Assembly: GCA_965227775.1 (NCBI GenBank)
Contig: OZ245777.1
Coordinates: forward strand, 1,312,001 to 1,376,000
From: Phycisphaerales bacterium
Lineage (GTDB): Bacteria > Planctomycetota > Phycisphaerae > Phycisphaerales > UBA1924
Length of the DNA stretch: 64,000 nucleotides
Direction of reading: 5' to 3'
The notes under the pieces were generated by a model. The model searched no databases. It worked only from the letters and a program-made list of their open reading frames with translations, and was not told the DNA's origin. A program made the position numbers and the translations under genes. Positions 1-10,616 of this stretch are shown in pieces (position 1 is the first letter of the stretch; every line of letters starts with the position of its first letter).

Positions 1-830
1 GGAGTCTCGTACAGCCCGCGGCTCTTGATGCCGACGCAGCGGTTCTCGATGATGTCCACGCGGCCCACGCCGTGGCGGCCGGCGATCTCGTTGAGCTGCT
101 CGATGAGCTCGACCCCGCCGAGCTCACTGCCATCGAGCGCGACGGGTCGACCATCTTCGAACGTCAGGCTTACGTGCTCGGGCGCATCGGGCGTGTCCTC
201 GATGTTGCGGCTCATCATCCACACGTCGGCGGGCGCCGCATTCCACGGGTCCTCAATGGGTCCACCCTCGTGGGAGATGTGCCAGAGGTTGCGATCCCGG
301 CTGAAGATCTTGGTAGCGCTCGCGGTGCTCTTGATGTCGCGTGCGGCGAGGTACTCGAGCAGGTCCTCGCGCGAGTGAAGGTCCCACAGGCGCCAGGGCG
401 CGATGATCTCCATGTGCGGCGCGAGGGCGGCGTAGCCCGCTTCAAAGCGGATCTGGTCGTTGCCCTTGCCGGTGCACCCGTGGCAGACCGCGTCAGCGCC
501 GACCTCCAGGGCGTACTCGACCTGGGCCTTCGCGATGACCGGCCGCGCCATGGCGGTGCCGAGCTGGTATGTTGTCTCGTACTGGCAGCCGGCAATGAGC
601 GTGGGGAAGACGTACTCGTCGACAAACTCCTGCTTGAGGTCGGCGACCTTGCAGCTCTGGGCCCCGGTCGTGCGCGCCTTCTCGATGACGCCCTCGAGCT
701 CTTCCTGGCCTTGCCCAACATCGGCGACGATGCAGTGTACCTCGAAGCCGTAGGTCTCCACCAGCCAGGGCACGATCGCCGAGGTGTCGAGGCCGCCGGA
801 GTAGGCAAGGACGACCTTGCGCTGGGTCAT
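1..830 (-). CDS. argG: argininosuccinate synthase (runs off window edge, partial)
   Basis: Minus strand from ATG at 830 reads [17 protein letters not shown]...VADVGQ...[14 protein letters not shown]; follows argF with ATGA overlap. Confidence 0.95.
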   Translation of the reverse strand, partial: MTQRKVVLAYSGGLDTSAIVPWLVETYGFEVHCIVADVGQGQEELEGVIEKARTTGAQSCKVADLKQEFVDEYVFPTLIAGCQYETTYQLGTAMARPVIAKAQVEYALEVGADAVCHGCTGKGNDQIRFEAGYAALAPHMEIIAPWRLWDLHSREDLLEYLAARDIKSTASATKIFSRDRNLWHISHEGGPIEDPWNAAPADVWMMSRNIEDTPDAPEHVSLTFEDGRPVALDGSELGGVELIEQLNEIAGRHGVGRVDIIENRCVGIKSRGLYET

Positions 831-1795
831 GGGTTGGCTCCGTTCTCGCGCTGGTCGCCCAGCAGCATCGTGAGTAGTGCGTTCTGGGCGTGCATGCGGT
901 TCTCGGCCTGCTCGTACACGAGTGACGTTGGTCCATCGATGACATCGTCGTCGACCTCGACGCCGCGGAAGGCCGGCAGGCAGTGCATGAACTTGGCGGG
1001 CTCGCGGCCCGCGGACGCCCTGGCCATCGCGTCGGCCGTCACGCGGTATCGCTGGAAGGCCTCAACGCGTTCGTCGCGCTCGCTCTCGCTGCCCATCGAT
1101 ACCCAGGTGTCGGTGTAGATGACGTCGTGGCCTTCGATGGCTGACGGGTCGCTCGCGAGCTCGACCGCGCCGTTGGCTGCTTCGGCCCGCTCGCGTGCGA
1201 GCCTGAGGATGGCGGGCTGCGGTTCGTAGGCGCTCGGCGCGACGATGGTGACGTGGGCCCCGAGGGCTGCCATGGTGAGCACGAGCGAGTTGCAGACGTT
1301 GTTCCCGTCGCCGATGTATGCGAGGCGCACACCCTCAACTCTGCCGCACGCGGCGCGGATCGTCATGGCGTCGCCCAGCGCCTGGCAAGGGTGCTCATAA
1401 TCGCTCAGCGCGTTGACGACGGGCACACGAGACACGCGGTCCATCTCTTGCAAGACCACGTGCCGTCGCACGCGGGCGACGATGGCGTCGGCGTATCGCT
1501 CCAGCGTGCGCGTGAAGTCAACGATCGACTCGCGATCGCCCAGCGGCGAGGCCGACTGGTCGAGGTAGGTCACGTTGGCGCCCAGGCGCGAGAGGCCAAC
1601 ATCGAAGCTCGTGCGCGTGCGCAGCGAGGGCTTCTCGAACACGAGCGCGACGGCCTTGTTTTCCAGTGTGTGGCCGGGTGCGGGCCAGGCGGCGCGCATG
1701 TCGTCGGCGCGATCGATGACGGCCCGGATGCCGTGGGCGTCGAGCTGGGCCGACGAGAGCAGGCTCTTGGGCAGTGCCGTTGTCGCCTTAGCCAT
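827..1795 (-). CDS. argF: ornithine carbamoyltransferase
   Basis: [35 protein letters not shown] motifs; start MAKATT assumed. Confidence 0.93.
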   Translation of the reverse strand: MAKATTALPKSLLSSAQLDAHGIRAVIDRADDMRAAWPAPGHTLENKAVALVFEKPSLRTRTSFDVGLSRLGANVTYLDQSASPLGDRESIVDFTRTLERYADAIVARVRRHVVLQEMDRVSRVPVVNALSDYEHPCQALGDAMTIRAACGRVEGVRLAYIGDGNNVCNSLVLTMAALGAHVTIVAPSAYEPQPAILRLARERAEAANGAVELASDPSAIEGHDVIYTDTWVSMGSESERDERVEAFQRYRVTADAMARASAGREPAKFMHCLPAFRGVEVDDDVIDGPTSLVYEQAENRMHAQNALLTMLLGDQRENGANP

Positions 1796-2612
1796 GGCCG
1801 GCCCCGAGCGAGGCGGGCTTGCCGTCGCGGATGATGGTTCCGCCCGGGGCGGTGGGGTCTCGCCACCACGCCGCGTCGGCGTCGGCCCAGGCGGCGATGC
1901 GGACTGGCGCGTGCAGCCGTGCGGCCATGTCAACGGCCGCACGCACCTTGACGATCATGCCGCCGGCGATGATTCCCCCGTCGATCAGCCGTTCGATCTC
2001 GCCGCGGTCGAGCTGCTCGATCAGCCCGCCGTCGGCATCGAGCACGCCGGGCGTGTCGGTGAGCAGCACGAGCTGGCTTGCGCCGAGCGCTACGGCCACG
2101 CCCGCTGCGGCGTCATCGGCGTTGACGTTGAGTGGCTGGCCGTCGTCGTCGCCGCCCACGCACGAGATGACTGGCAGCACGCCCGAGCCCATGAGCGCGA
2201 GTACGCCGTCGACATCGTGCGCGTCTTCGTCTGGCTCGACGACGCCCACACGGCCGAGGTCGACGCCGTCGACTGGCTTGTGCAGCCGGCAGCGGATGCC
2301 GGCGCCGGTGAGCGTGAGCCCGGCACAGGTGACGTCTCGTGAGACAAGTGCGCCAACGAGGGCATGGTTCACGTTGCCGCCCACGGCGGCGATCATCTCG
2401 CGCATGGTCTGCTCGTCGGTCACGCGTAGGCCCTGCACGCGTTGGGGCTCGATGCCCAGGCGCTCGAGCCGCGTGTCGATGGCGTTACCCCCGCCGTGCA
2501 CGATGACGAGTCGCTCGTGGGCGGCCAGCTGTGCGAGGGCGTCGATGATGGGTTCGCGGTCGACGGCCGCGTCCACGCCGCGCCCGCCGAGCTTGACGAC
2601 GACTGCATTCAT
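1788..2612 (-). CDS. argB: acetylglutamate kinase
   Basis: VVKLGG, VHGGG, GLRVTD, NVNADDAA, GGMIVKV. Confidence 0.93.
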   Translation of the reverse strand: MNAVVVKLGGRGVDAAVDREPIIDALAQLAAHERLVIVHGGGNAIDTRLERLGIEPQRVQGLRVTDEQTMREMIAAVGGNVNHALVGALVSRDVTCAGLTLTGAGIRCRLHKPVDGVDLGRVGVVEPDEDAHDVDGVLALMGSGVLPVISCVGGDDDGQPLNVNADDAAAGVAVALGASQLVLLTDTPGVLDADGGLIEQLDRGEIERLIDGGIIAGGMIVKVRAAVDMAARLHAPVRIAAWADADAAWWRDPTAPGGTIIRDGKPASLGAGHG

Positions 2613-3664
2613 GTGACTTCCTCGGGCGTGATGGTCGTTGTGGTGTGGTGGGGGGGCAGTCCGGCTCGTTCATCCAGGCCCAGGCGGATGTTGACGGCCT
2701 GCAACGCCTGGCCCGATGCGCCCTTGAGCAGGTTGTCGAGCGAGCATGCCAGGACGGCGTGGTTCGATTGGCCGTCAAATGCGAACGCGATGTCGGCAAA
2801 GTTCGTCCGTTCGACGCCCGCCACACTCGGCCACTGACCCTTCGGCAGGACGCGGACGAAGCTCGCGTCGGTGTACGCGGATTCGAGGCATGCGCGCAGG
2901 TCGGCTTCCGTCGTTCCTGGAGTGAGATCGATGTGCACGAGCGCGAGCATGCCGCGGAAGAACGGCGCGACGCTGGGCGTGAAGAGCACGCGGACACCTG
3001 CGTGGGACGAGATTTCGGGCTGGTGGCGGTGCGCGAAGACGTTGTAGGGGCCCAGGCTCACCTCGCCGAAGATGGTGCGATGGTTGGGCGATCGGCCCGC
3101 GCCGCTGATGCCGCTCACGGCGTCGATGATGGGCGTCGAGTTCTGGGCGAGCCGGCCCGACTTGGCTAATGGCAGCAGCGGCAGGAGGCTGGCCGTTGGA
3201 TAGCAGCCCGGGCACGAGAGCAGGTTTGCACGCTCGATGGCGCTGCGGTTGTGCTCGGGCAGCGCGTAGGCCGCGGCTTCAAGCAAGTCTGGCGCTGGGT
3301 GATCAAAGCCGTAGGCGGTGGGGTAGCTTGCGGCGGGCAATCGAAAAGCGCCGGAGAGATCGGCGACGATCGGGCACTGGCCCAGCAGCGCGGGCGCGAG
3401 GGTGGCGCTGGCCTCGTGGGGCGTGCAGAGGAAGGCGACCTGCGGCGAGCAGGCGAGGATTGTGTCGGGCTCGCCCGATGCGAAGACGGCGTCGGTCCGC
3501 CCGCGAAGATCAGGAAACACGTCTCCGACACGCTGACCGACGTTCTGCCCGCCCGGCGAGGCAAAGACGCCGGTGAGTTCGAGCGAAGGATGGGCCAGGA
3601 CCAGGCGGATGAGCTCGAGCCCCGTGTACCCGGTCGCCCCGGCGATGGCGACGGAGATGCTCAT
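2609..3664 (-). CDS. argC: N-acetyl-gamma-glutamyl-phosphate reductase
   Basis: GATGYTG, DLSGAFRL, PGCYPT, SGISGAG, HRHQPEI, DNLLKGASGQA. Confidence 0.95.
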   Translation of the reverse strand: MSISVAIAGATGYTGLELIRLVLAHPSLELTGVFASPGGQNVGQRVGDVFPDLRGRTDAVFASGEPDTILACSPQVAFLCTPHEASATLAPALLGQCPIVADLSGAFRLPAASYPTAYGFDHPAPDLLEAAAYALPEHNRSAIERANLLSCPGCYPTASLLPLLPLAKSGRLAQNSTPIIDAVSGISGAGRSPNHRTIFGEVSLGPYNVFAHRHQPEISSHAGVRVLFTPSVAPFFRGMLALVHIDLTPGTTEADLRACLESAYTDASFVRVLPKGQWPSVAGVERTNFADIAFAFDGQSNHAVLACSLDNLLKGASGQALQAVNIRLGLDERAGLPPHHTTTTITPEEVT

Positions 3665-3808
3665 CGAGCCGCGATCTCGCGGAGGGAGGGGTGGAACTGG
3701 CTGGCGGCGTGGGGGCTCATGGCGCCGTAGCGTATTGGGGCGGGCGGCCAACTGCAAGCGACGCGGCCGCACCCTAAGGCGGCGGCCCCCCGCCGGGAGA
3801 GAACTGCG

Positions 3809-4180
3809 ATGAAGCACTCAGCGAAGTTTCTGGCAATCGTGGACGACGCCCGCAGCCGCATCGAGGAGTGCACCGTCGGCGATGTTGAGAAGATGCGGGC
3901 CGATGGCGATGCGTTCGAGCTCATTGATGTGCGTGAAGAGAGCGAGTTTGCGAAGGGAAGGCTGCCCGGCGCACGCCACATCGGCAAGGGCGTCATCGAG
4001 CGCGATGCGGAGTCGATGCTGCCCGATACCGAGGCTCGGATCGTTCTCTACTGTGGGGGGGGCTACCGCTCGGCTCTGGCGGCGGACAACCTGCAGAAGA
4101 TGGGCTACCGCAACGTCGTCTCGATGGACGGCGGCTATCGTGGCTGGAACGAGGCGGGCCTGCCCACAGAAACGCCCTGA
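3809..4180 (+). CDS. rhodanese-like sulfurtransferase
   Basis: LIDVREESEF, LYCGGGYRS, MDGGYRGW. Confidence 0.9.
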   Translation: MKHSAKFLAIVDDARSRIEECTVGDVEKMRADGDAFELIDVREESEFAKGRLPGARHIGKGVIERDAESMLPDTEARIVLYCGGGYRSALAADNLQKMGYRNVVSMDGGYRGWNEAGLPTETP

Positions 4181-4190
4181 GCGAATCTGC

Positions 4191-4415
4191 CTAGCGATCT
4201 TCGCGAGCGATGCGGGGCTGGTTGAGGGCCGGGGGCGTGGCCTGCCAGACCAAGGGGGCATACGCGCTTGCCTGCGGCGGGCCATCGGGCCGCGAAGCGC
4301 TTGAGCAGCCACAGAGCACGCAGCCCGCCCCAAGGGCAAGCATCGCAAGAAGGGCCGGACGACGAGCCAGGCCGGCGACTTGGCTGGAGCGTGCTGGGCG
4401 GTGTTGCGTGCTCAT
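4191..4415 (-). CDS. small putative lipoprotein (74 aa)
   Basis: From ATG 4415: basic N-terminus, hydrophobic stretch, lipobox-like LCGC followed by SS. Confidence 0.45.
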   Translation of the reverse strand: MSTQHRPARSSQVAGLARRPALLAMLALGAGCVLCGCSSASRPDGPPQASAYAPLVWQATPPALNQPRIAREDR

Positions 4416-4768
4416 ATAACCGATTGCGTCCTTCCAGGCGGACCAGCGCAGTCTTGTGGTGATTGGTAACGCGGGCCTCGGCGTGTCGTGCGGGCCCAAG
4501 CCAATTGGGCGATGCTGTAGGTTCGCTTCGGAGTGGCCCGGGGCCCATCCGGGGGGCCGATCATCGGGCAAAAGGGCGCCTCGGCATCGGCAGAACTGGA
4601 AGAGATTGCCCGGCTTGTGCGGCTGGGTCGCCGTTGACCGGCCTTGAGCCTGTCGTACGATGCCTGCCATCGCAGGGTTCATCGAGGCTGCTCGGGATAT
4701 CGCTGTACGCAATGTCCCGAATGTCGTTGGGAGCCGAACCGCTCGCGATCCGGCACGAGGACCGCTCC

Positions 4769-5644
4769 ATGATTCGCACGGCGTTCAGTACGGTTGCCTG
4801 CCCCAAGTGGACCCTGCAGCGCGTTGCGCGAACCGCGGCCGAGTTGGGGTTCGATGGCGTGGACTTGCGGACCTTCGGCTTCGACTCACGCACGTTCGTG
4901 TGCGATCCGCTCATGACCGGCGCCCAAAAGGTGACCGACACGTTTGGCGACCTTGGTGTAGATGTGTGCGGGCTGGCGACTTCGATCTCGCTCGATGAGC
5001 CCGTCCGGCCGCACGTGGTCGGGCGCACGTTCCTGTTTGATCAGGAACGCACGACGCGGCATGCGACCCGCATGGTGGACTACGCGTCGATGGTGGGCGC
5101 GCCGTATGTGCGGGTGTTCGGCTTCGAGGTGCCCGAGGGCGAGAAGCGCACGACGTCGGTCCGGCTGATTGCGAACCGGCTCGGCGCGATCGCCGACCAC
5201 GCTCGGCATCGCGGCGTGACGATCGTGCTGGAGAACGGCGGGAGCTTCCGCACCGCCGAAGATCTGCGCGAGATCGTGGACATGGTCGATAGCCCGCTCT
5301 TGGCCGCTTGCTACAACAGCGCGGTGGGACACGCGGCGGGTGACGATTACGGCAAGGCTATTCGCACGCTCGGGCGTCGGTTGAAGTTTGCCCGCCTGAA
5401 GGACGTTGGTGACGAGGGCTGCGTGCCGCTCGGAACCGGCCGGACCGATGCCGAGGGCTTCGTGAAGGCGCTGCAGTCGTACGGCCACTTCGACGGCTGG
5501 CTGTGCTACGAGTGGGATCGCGCCTGGGACGATTCACTTGCGGCGGCCGAAGATGTGCTGCCCGAGGCCATTCGCACGATCTACGGCTGGCTTGGCGCCA
5601 CCGGCAGCAAGGCCGGCGCGCGGCAGGCGGCCGGGGCGGTCTAA
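4769..5644 (+). CDS. sugar phosphate isomerase/epimerase (xylose isomerase-like TIM barrel)
   Basis: AFSTVACPKW, GFDGVDL, VRVFG, VLEN, FDGWLCYEW. Confidence 0.8.
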   Translation: MIRTAFSTVACPKWTLQRVARTAAELGFDGVDLRTFGFDSRTFVCDPLMTGAQKVTDTFGDLGVDVCGLATSISLDEPVRPHVVGRTFLFDQERTTRHATRMVDYASMVGAPYVRVFGFEVPEGEKRTTSVRLIANRLGAIADHARHRGVTIVLENGGSFRTAEDLREIVDMVDSPLLAACYNSAVGHAAGDDYGKAIRTLGRRLKFARLKDVGDEGCVPLGTGRTDAEGFVKALQSYGHFDGWLCYEWDRAWDDSLAAAEDVLPEAIRTIYGWLGATGSKAGARQAAGAV

Positions 5645-5675
5645 CGCTACGAACCGTCGCGAACGCACGAGCCTG

Positions 5676-6722
5676 GTGCTGCAGCGTTGCCGCGAGCTTG
5701 GCTTCGCGCTCGCGGGCATCGCTCCCGTTGGGCCCATGAAGCGCGAGCCGGAGATGCGAGCGTGGCTCGCCCATGGCAAGCACGGCTCGATGGCGTACCT
5801 GGCCGAGCACGCCGACCTCAAGGCCGACCCATCACAACTGCTCGACGGCGCAACGTGCGCGATCATGGTTGCGGACCTGTACGCGACGCGCGATGATGAG
5901 CCCGATGACGTTCCCGACGGACATGGGCGTATCGCCCGCTATGCGCGGGGCGGCGACTATCACACCGTCATGAAGAAGCGCTTGCACACACTGTGCGACG
6001 AGCTTTCGGAGCGTTGGCCTGATGCGCGAACTCGGGCGTTCGTCGACACGGCACCGGTGCACGAGCGTGAGCTCGCGCTCGCGGCGGGGCTCGGGTGGAT
6101 CGGCAAGCACACCCTGCTGATCCATCCGAGGGTTGGCAGTTGGATGCTCCTTGGCGGCGTCCTAACCACGCTGGAGCTCGACGTCAACGAGCATGAGGAG
6201 CCCGACCACTGCGGCACGTGCACGCGGTGCATCGACGCGTGCCCAACGGACGCGATCACGCCATATGGCGTGGACGCGTCGCGTTGCATCAGCTACCTGA
6301 CGATCGAGCGGCGAGGGCCGATCGACCCAGACCTGCAGCAGGGCATGGAGAACTGGGTGTTCGGTTGCGACATCTGCCAGGAGGTGTGCCCGCACAACTC
6401 CCCTCGCAGCGGTGACGTCGGCGAACGACTCGAGGCGTACGAGCCTGCGCGTGGGGAGTTTGATTTGGCCCAGGTACTGGGATGGGACGAAGACGCGCGG
6501 CGGGCGGCGTTTGCCGGGAGCGCCATGAAGCGGGCGAAGCTGGGCATGATGCACCGTAACGCCGTGATCGCTGCGGGCAACGAGATTCAGCGGCTCGGGC
6601 GCGTTCACCCGGTGTCACAGGGTCTGCTGGACGCGTTGCGTGAAGTCATCGAGAACACCAAAGAAGAACCGTCGCTCCGGGAGTTGGCCGGCGCGACGGT
6701 TCGTCGTGTGACAGGAGGCTGA
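5676..6722 (+). CDS. queG: tRNA epoxyqueuosine reductase (start uncertain)
   Basis: GRIARYARGGDYH, FVDTAPVHER, CGTCTRCIDACPT, CISYLTIE, FGCDICQEVCP. Confidence 0.93.
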   Translation: MLQRCRELGFALAGIAPVGPMKREPEMRAWLAHGKHGSMAYLAEHADLKADPSQLLDGATCAIMVADLYATRDDEPDDVPDGHGRIARYARGGDYHTVMKKRLHTLCDELSERWPDARTRAFVDTAPVHERELALAAGLGWIGKHTLLIHPRVGSWMLLGGVLTTLELDVNEHEEPDHCGTCTRCIDACPTDAITPYGVDASRCISYLTIERRGPIDPDLQQGMENWVFGCDICQEVCPHNSPRSGDVGERLEAYEPARGEFDLAQVLGWDEDARRAAFAGSAMKRAKLGMMHRNAVIAAGNEIQRLGRVHPVSQGLLDALREVIENTKEEPSLRELAGATVRRVTGG

Positions 6723-6725
6723 GGA

Positions 6726-8534
6726 TTACCGCCCGAGCGGGACGGGTGAGGCCTCGCTCGTTGGTTCGAGCGTGAAGGTACGTTCGATGTCCTTGGCCTT
6801 CTCGGCCTCGTAGCGGAGCGTGAACGTGGCGCCCTCGTTGCCGCGCACGATGTAGCGGACGATGGCCTGATCCATGCCGCCAATCCCCTCGTTGAGCTGG
6901 ATGCGCTCGGGCTCGAAGCGGACTTCCTGCATCTGGCGATCGTTGAAGTCGCGCAGCTTGCCGGCGGTGATGACCTCGGCGTTGGTGCCGTCGAAGATCA
7001 TCAGGTCGTTCTGGCCGATGTTGTTGCGGCGAGCGAGGCTCAGGCGCGTGGGGATGTGCCGCTCGTTGCGCACGGCGACGTCGATCTGCCAGAGGCCGGG
7101 CGAGAGCTGCTCGATGTCGACCCGGCCGAATCGCAGCAGCGGCATCTGCCGGGCGTGGAACATGGTGAACGCGAAGTTGCGGTGGGCTTCTTCTTCGAGC
7201 ATGAAGGGAGGCGTCTGTCGCGAACCCCAGCGATTCGAGCCGCCGACGAGGATGGTGCCATACTCGGGATGCTCGATCTCGGTGTACTCGGAAAACTCGT
7301 TGCCGAAGACGATGTGGTCTCGCCAGAGCCACAGCTGGTCTTCGGTCTCGCGGGCAGCCTCACCCTGGAAGCGCTTGGCGTTGATCCAGAGCTCATTCGT
7401 AAAGCTAACGATGCCAAGGGACTCGGCCATCCAGGTGACTTGGCCGCCGTGCACGTTGTAGAGGTCTTCCCAGATGACCCAGTCACGGTAGTACGGCAGC
7501 ATCTGTGCGCCGTCGGTCGCAATGGCGTCGTACACACGCGAATCTGCCCGGTCATAGAGGTTCGCGCGGTAGCTGGTACCCGGGCCGCGCAGCACCATGC
7601 CGCCCGTGTTGTGGTAGCTCTGGCCGGCGGCGATGTTGGGATGATCGATGATAAAACGCCCGATGCCGTGGGTCTCGGGGGCGCTAAAGGGGAACGGGCC
7701 CGCGCCGCGCTGGGTGTACGTCGGCTGCCAGTCGCCCGGCCAGTTGCGGTTCATGTCGTCTGCGAAGACGGTGTCCTCGTTGATGCGACCGTCACCGTCG
7801 TTGTCGATGCCCTCCATGCCGAGGTATTCCCAGTCGCCCTGCTGATCGGGGCCCACGCGCCTGAAGCGGCGAGGGTCATCGGGGTCGCGGCGCCAGCCAC
7901 CGCCGACGCGTTCGCGCCACATCTGGGTGATCGAGCCGTCGCCGTCGAGGTCGTCGTAACCATCCTCGTCGATCAGGCCGTCGCGGTCGTTATCAACCGG
8001 GCGCTGGTTGGTGCGGCTGGAGTTTGGTGAGTTGGGCTCGGTGAACCACCACGCGCGGCCGTCGGGGTTGGCAACAGGCACGAAGTAGAAGCTGGCGTTC
8101 TCAAGCAGCTCGGTCAGGCGCTCGTTTGAGCCTTGGCTCTCGAGCAGCTTCCACATCGAGTACAGCACGGTCTCGGCGGCTTGGATCTCGTTGCCATGGA
8201 TGTTGCCGTCGATGTACATCGCGGGCTTGTCAGTGTGGTCGCCCGTCGCCGGGTTGTTGACGATCGCGAGCCACACGTCGCGGCCTTGCAGGCTCTTGCC
8301 CAGGCTGCGCAGCTCGATGAAGTCCGGATAGGCCTCGGCCATCCGTCGGAGGATGTCCTCGACCTGCTCGAAGTCGTAGTAGCGATTCCACGCGATATCG
8401 ACCGTGTAGTTGGGGTTGTGGCGGTGGGTGCCATCTTCGGCCGCGGGTGGCGACTGCTGGGTCTGGGCGAGCGCCGGCGCGGCGGCGAGGGCGGCGAGGA
8501 GCGCAGCGGTCTTGACGTTGGGGAACTGCTTCAT
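6726..8534 (-). CDS. secreted M14 zinc carboxypeptidase, active-site residues intact
   Basis: Signal peptide; GNIHGNE (HxxE), NPDG, DMNRNW, SYHN, FTNELW; DxDxDG inserts. Confidence 0.85.
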   Translation of the reverse strand: MKQFPNVKTAALLAALAAAPALAQTQQSPPAAEDGTHRHNPNYTVDIAWNRYYDFEQVEDILRRMAEAYPDFIELRSLGKSLQGRDVWLAIVNNPATGDHTDKPAMYIDGNIHGNEIQAAETVLYSMWKLLESQGSNERLTELLENASFYFVPVANPDGRAWWFTEPNSPNSSRTNQRPVDNDRDGLIDEDGYDDLDGDGSITQMWRERVGGGWRRDPDDPRRFRRVGPDQQGDWEYLGMEGIDNDGDGRINEDTVFADDMNRNWPGDWQPTYTQRGAGPFPFSAPETHGIGRFIIDHPNIAAGQSYHNTGGMVLRGPGTSYRANLYDRADSRVYDAIATDGAQMLPYYRDWVIWEDLYNVHGGQVTWMAESLGIVSFTNELWINAKRFQGEAARETEDQLWLWRDHIVFGNEFSEYTEIEHPEYGTILVGGSNRWGSRQTPPFMLEEEAHRNFAFTMFHARQMPLLRFGRVDIEQLSPGLWQIDVAVRNERHIPTRLSLARRNNIGQNDLMIFDGTNAEVITAGKLRDFNDRQMQEVRFEPERIQLNEGIGGMDQAIVRYIVRGNEGATFTLRYEAEKAKDIERTFTLEPTSEASPVPLGR

Positions 8535-10543
8535 CGGTTGCCTCCCTGCGGCTGCGTCTCGGCGATGTCGATCTCGATGTCGATGGTGCCGAACTCCTCG
8601 GTGCGGAGCTGGGCGTTCAGCCTGTCGCCCTCGCTGGCAAGCACGAGCCACTCGGCCCGCATGGTGCCGCCGGGGGCGATGCTCTCGTCGCGGTTGATGG
8701 TCGAGCCGCTCAGGAGCGTTTCCTGCGGCACATCGAGCGAGAGCACGTGGGGAATCAAGCGGTTGGCCTTCACGCCCAGCGATGTGCGTGTGGGAAGCTC
8801 GCCCTCGTTGTGCGCTTCGATGGTGATGCGCCACACGCCGTCACCGACCTTCTCGACGATCGGGTCGTCGATGGCAAGCCGGGGCATCATGGCGATGAGC
8901 TGCTGGACGAACTCGCCCTGTTTCTCGACGATGCCGTCGACCGCGTCCTCGGGCGCGTTGAGCTTGAATCCGGGCACAAAGCCGCCAACCTCGACGCTGC
9001 CGAGCTGCGGGTGATCGATTCGCTGCCAGTCGACGTAGCCCGCGCCTACTTCGTCGGCGTACGCGAGCCACTTGGCATCGTCTGAGCCTCCGCCGCCACC
9101 GCCGCGGGCACGACGCGCCGGGCGACTGGCTTGCGGCTGGGCTTCTTGGGCCATCGGGTCGGGGGCGCCCTGTGCGATGGTCATGATGCGCTCGCGCGTC
9201 GCGGTGGGAAGGGCCTCGAAGGCCTCCATGCGCTCGGCCTGCTCGGCCGGGCTCAGGGACTGCGCCTCGGCGAGGGCACCCTGGATGGCGCTCTGCGTGA
9301 GCACGAGCTTGTATTCGCCGATCATGACGAACGGCCGCTCATCGGACGCGGGTTCTTCGGCTTGCGCATCGGCCTCATCGGTCTCGGCTTCTTCGGTGGC
9401 CTGCTCGGGTCGCTGCCAGGGGTTGGTCGCAATGGTCACGATGCCCAGGTGGGCGTAGGCCCATCCGGCGAAGGAGCCGTCCAGGTCCAGCTTGGCCGCT
9501 TGCGACAGCCCGGTGGTTTCTTTGTACATCTCGCTCAGGCGGTCCATGACCTCCTTGTCGGCGCTCTCGAGCCCCTTGGGCACGCGGCCGGTCTGGTCGT
9601 TGCCGTTTGCGGCGGGCACGTTGATGATCGTGTCGTGCGGGCCGTACACGATGGCGGCCATGATGTTGGGCCTTCCGAGCAGCCAGGTCGCGAGCGCCTT
9701 GCTCTCGGGCTCGCTGAGCGGGTAGATGCCGCTGTCGTTGCCGAACTCGGGCCAGCGGAACGGGAAGTTCTTGTTCAGGTCGACGCCGCCGATGCCGTCC
9801 TCGCCCATCTTGCCGTCGCCGTCCTGGTCGGCCGCTTCGGGCAGCATGGCGTGCGTGGCGACCTCGCCCTTGCTCGCGTCGGCGCGGCGGAGCAGGCGCG
9901 GGCTGTCGGGGTCGACGACGTGCGTCAGCGAGATGCCGTACTTGGGCACCGCGCGGTCGATGCGCATCATCGTGCTATGGCCGTCGCCGTTGAGGTCGGC
10001 CGGGCCGTCCTCATCCATGCGGCCGTCTCGGTCTCCGTCCTGAGGCGTGCGGGTGCCGCCGGGGACGGCGGCGCCCAGGTCATCGCGGTCGCGCGCGTCG
10101 CGGTTGACGCGGGGGATGACGTACGCCGTCGCGCTAGACAGGTCGGCCTCACGCTCGAGGTAGCCGACCAACTCGCGCGCCACCACGGGTCCGGTGGTGT
10201 GCCGGCCGTCGATGCCGGCGACGATCAGCAGACCGGGCTTGGTGTCGGGGTCGCCCTCGCCCTGGCTGACGCGGTACATATAGATGGGCTGGTCGTTCCC
10301 GGTGCTGCCGATGCGGAAGCGGTCGACCGCGAGCACGCCGCTCGATCGCTCGGCGGCGACAATGCTGGAAGCGGTTGGCGTCTCGGTGAGCACGGCGCGC
10401 GGCGGCTCGCTCGCGCGGGGCGGGTGCGCGTCGGTGGCTTGAGGCTGCTGGGTGGCGCAGGCGGCGAGCCCAGCCAGCAGCACGAGCGGCGCGGCCCGCA
10501 GCAGCGGACCGGGTCGGCATGGAGGTGGTGTCTGCGGCTTCAT
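8531..10543 (-). CDS. M14-fold lipoprotein with degenerate zinc site
   Basis: LAAC lipobox; KPGLLIVAGIDGRH in place of HxxE; DLNKNFP; YPLSEPESKA; DxDxDG inserts. Confidence 0.75.
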   Translation of the reverse strand: MKPQTPPPCRPGPLLRAAPLVLLAGLAACATQQPQATDAHPPRASEPPRAVLTETPTASSIVAAERSSGVLAVDRFRIGSTGNDQPIYMYRVSQGEGDPDTKPGLLIVAGIDGRHTTGPVVARELVGYLEREADLSSATAYVIPRVNRDARDRDDLGAAVPGGTRTPQDGDRDGRMDEDGPADLNGDGHSTMMRIDRAVPKYGISLTHVVDPDSPRLLRRADASKGEVATHAMLPEAADQDGDGKMGEDGIGGVDLNKNFPFRWPEFGNDSGIYPLSEPESKALATWLLGRPNIMAAIVYGPHDTIINVPAANGNDQTGRVPKGLESADKEVMDRLSEMYKETTGLSQAAKLDLDGSFAGWAYAHLGIVTIATNPWQRPEQATEEAETDEADAQAEEPASDERPFVMIGEYKLVLTQSAIQGALAEAQSLSPAEQAERMEAFEALPTATRERIMTIAQGAPDPMAQEAQPQASRPARRARGGGGGGSDDAKWLAYADEVGAGYVDWQRIDHPQLGSVEVGGFVPGFKLNAPEDAVDGIVEKQGEFVQQLIAMMPRLAIDDPIVEKVGDGVWRITIEAHNEGELPTRTSLGVKANRLIPHVLSLDVPQETLLSGSTINRDESIAPGGTMRAEWLVLASEGDRLNAQLRTEEFGTIDIEIDIAETQPQGGNR

Positions 10544-10616
10544 GGAGGCACCATACCCCCGATCTGTGGCCTTGGTTACGCGTTACCGGGCCGTCGCGCC
10601 CTTCTACACTGGGCCC

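Noticed and set aside
72..1118. Long antisense ORFs (e.g. 72-1118, 9131-10642, 18266-19894, 28462-30483)
   Set aside because: Shadow frames of high-GC genes whose real products are identified on the opposite strand.
827..1795. SLRT motif suggesting an N-acetyl/succinyl-ornithine carbamoyltransferase
   Set aside because: DxxxSMG and HCLPA ornithine-binding motifs are canonical OTC, and SLRT also occurs in ordinary OTCs.
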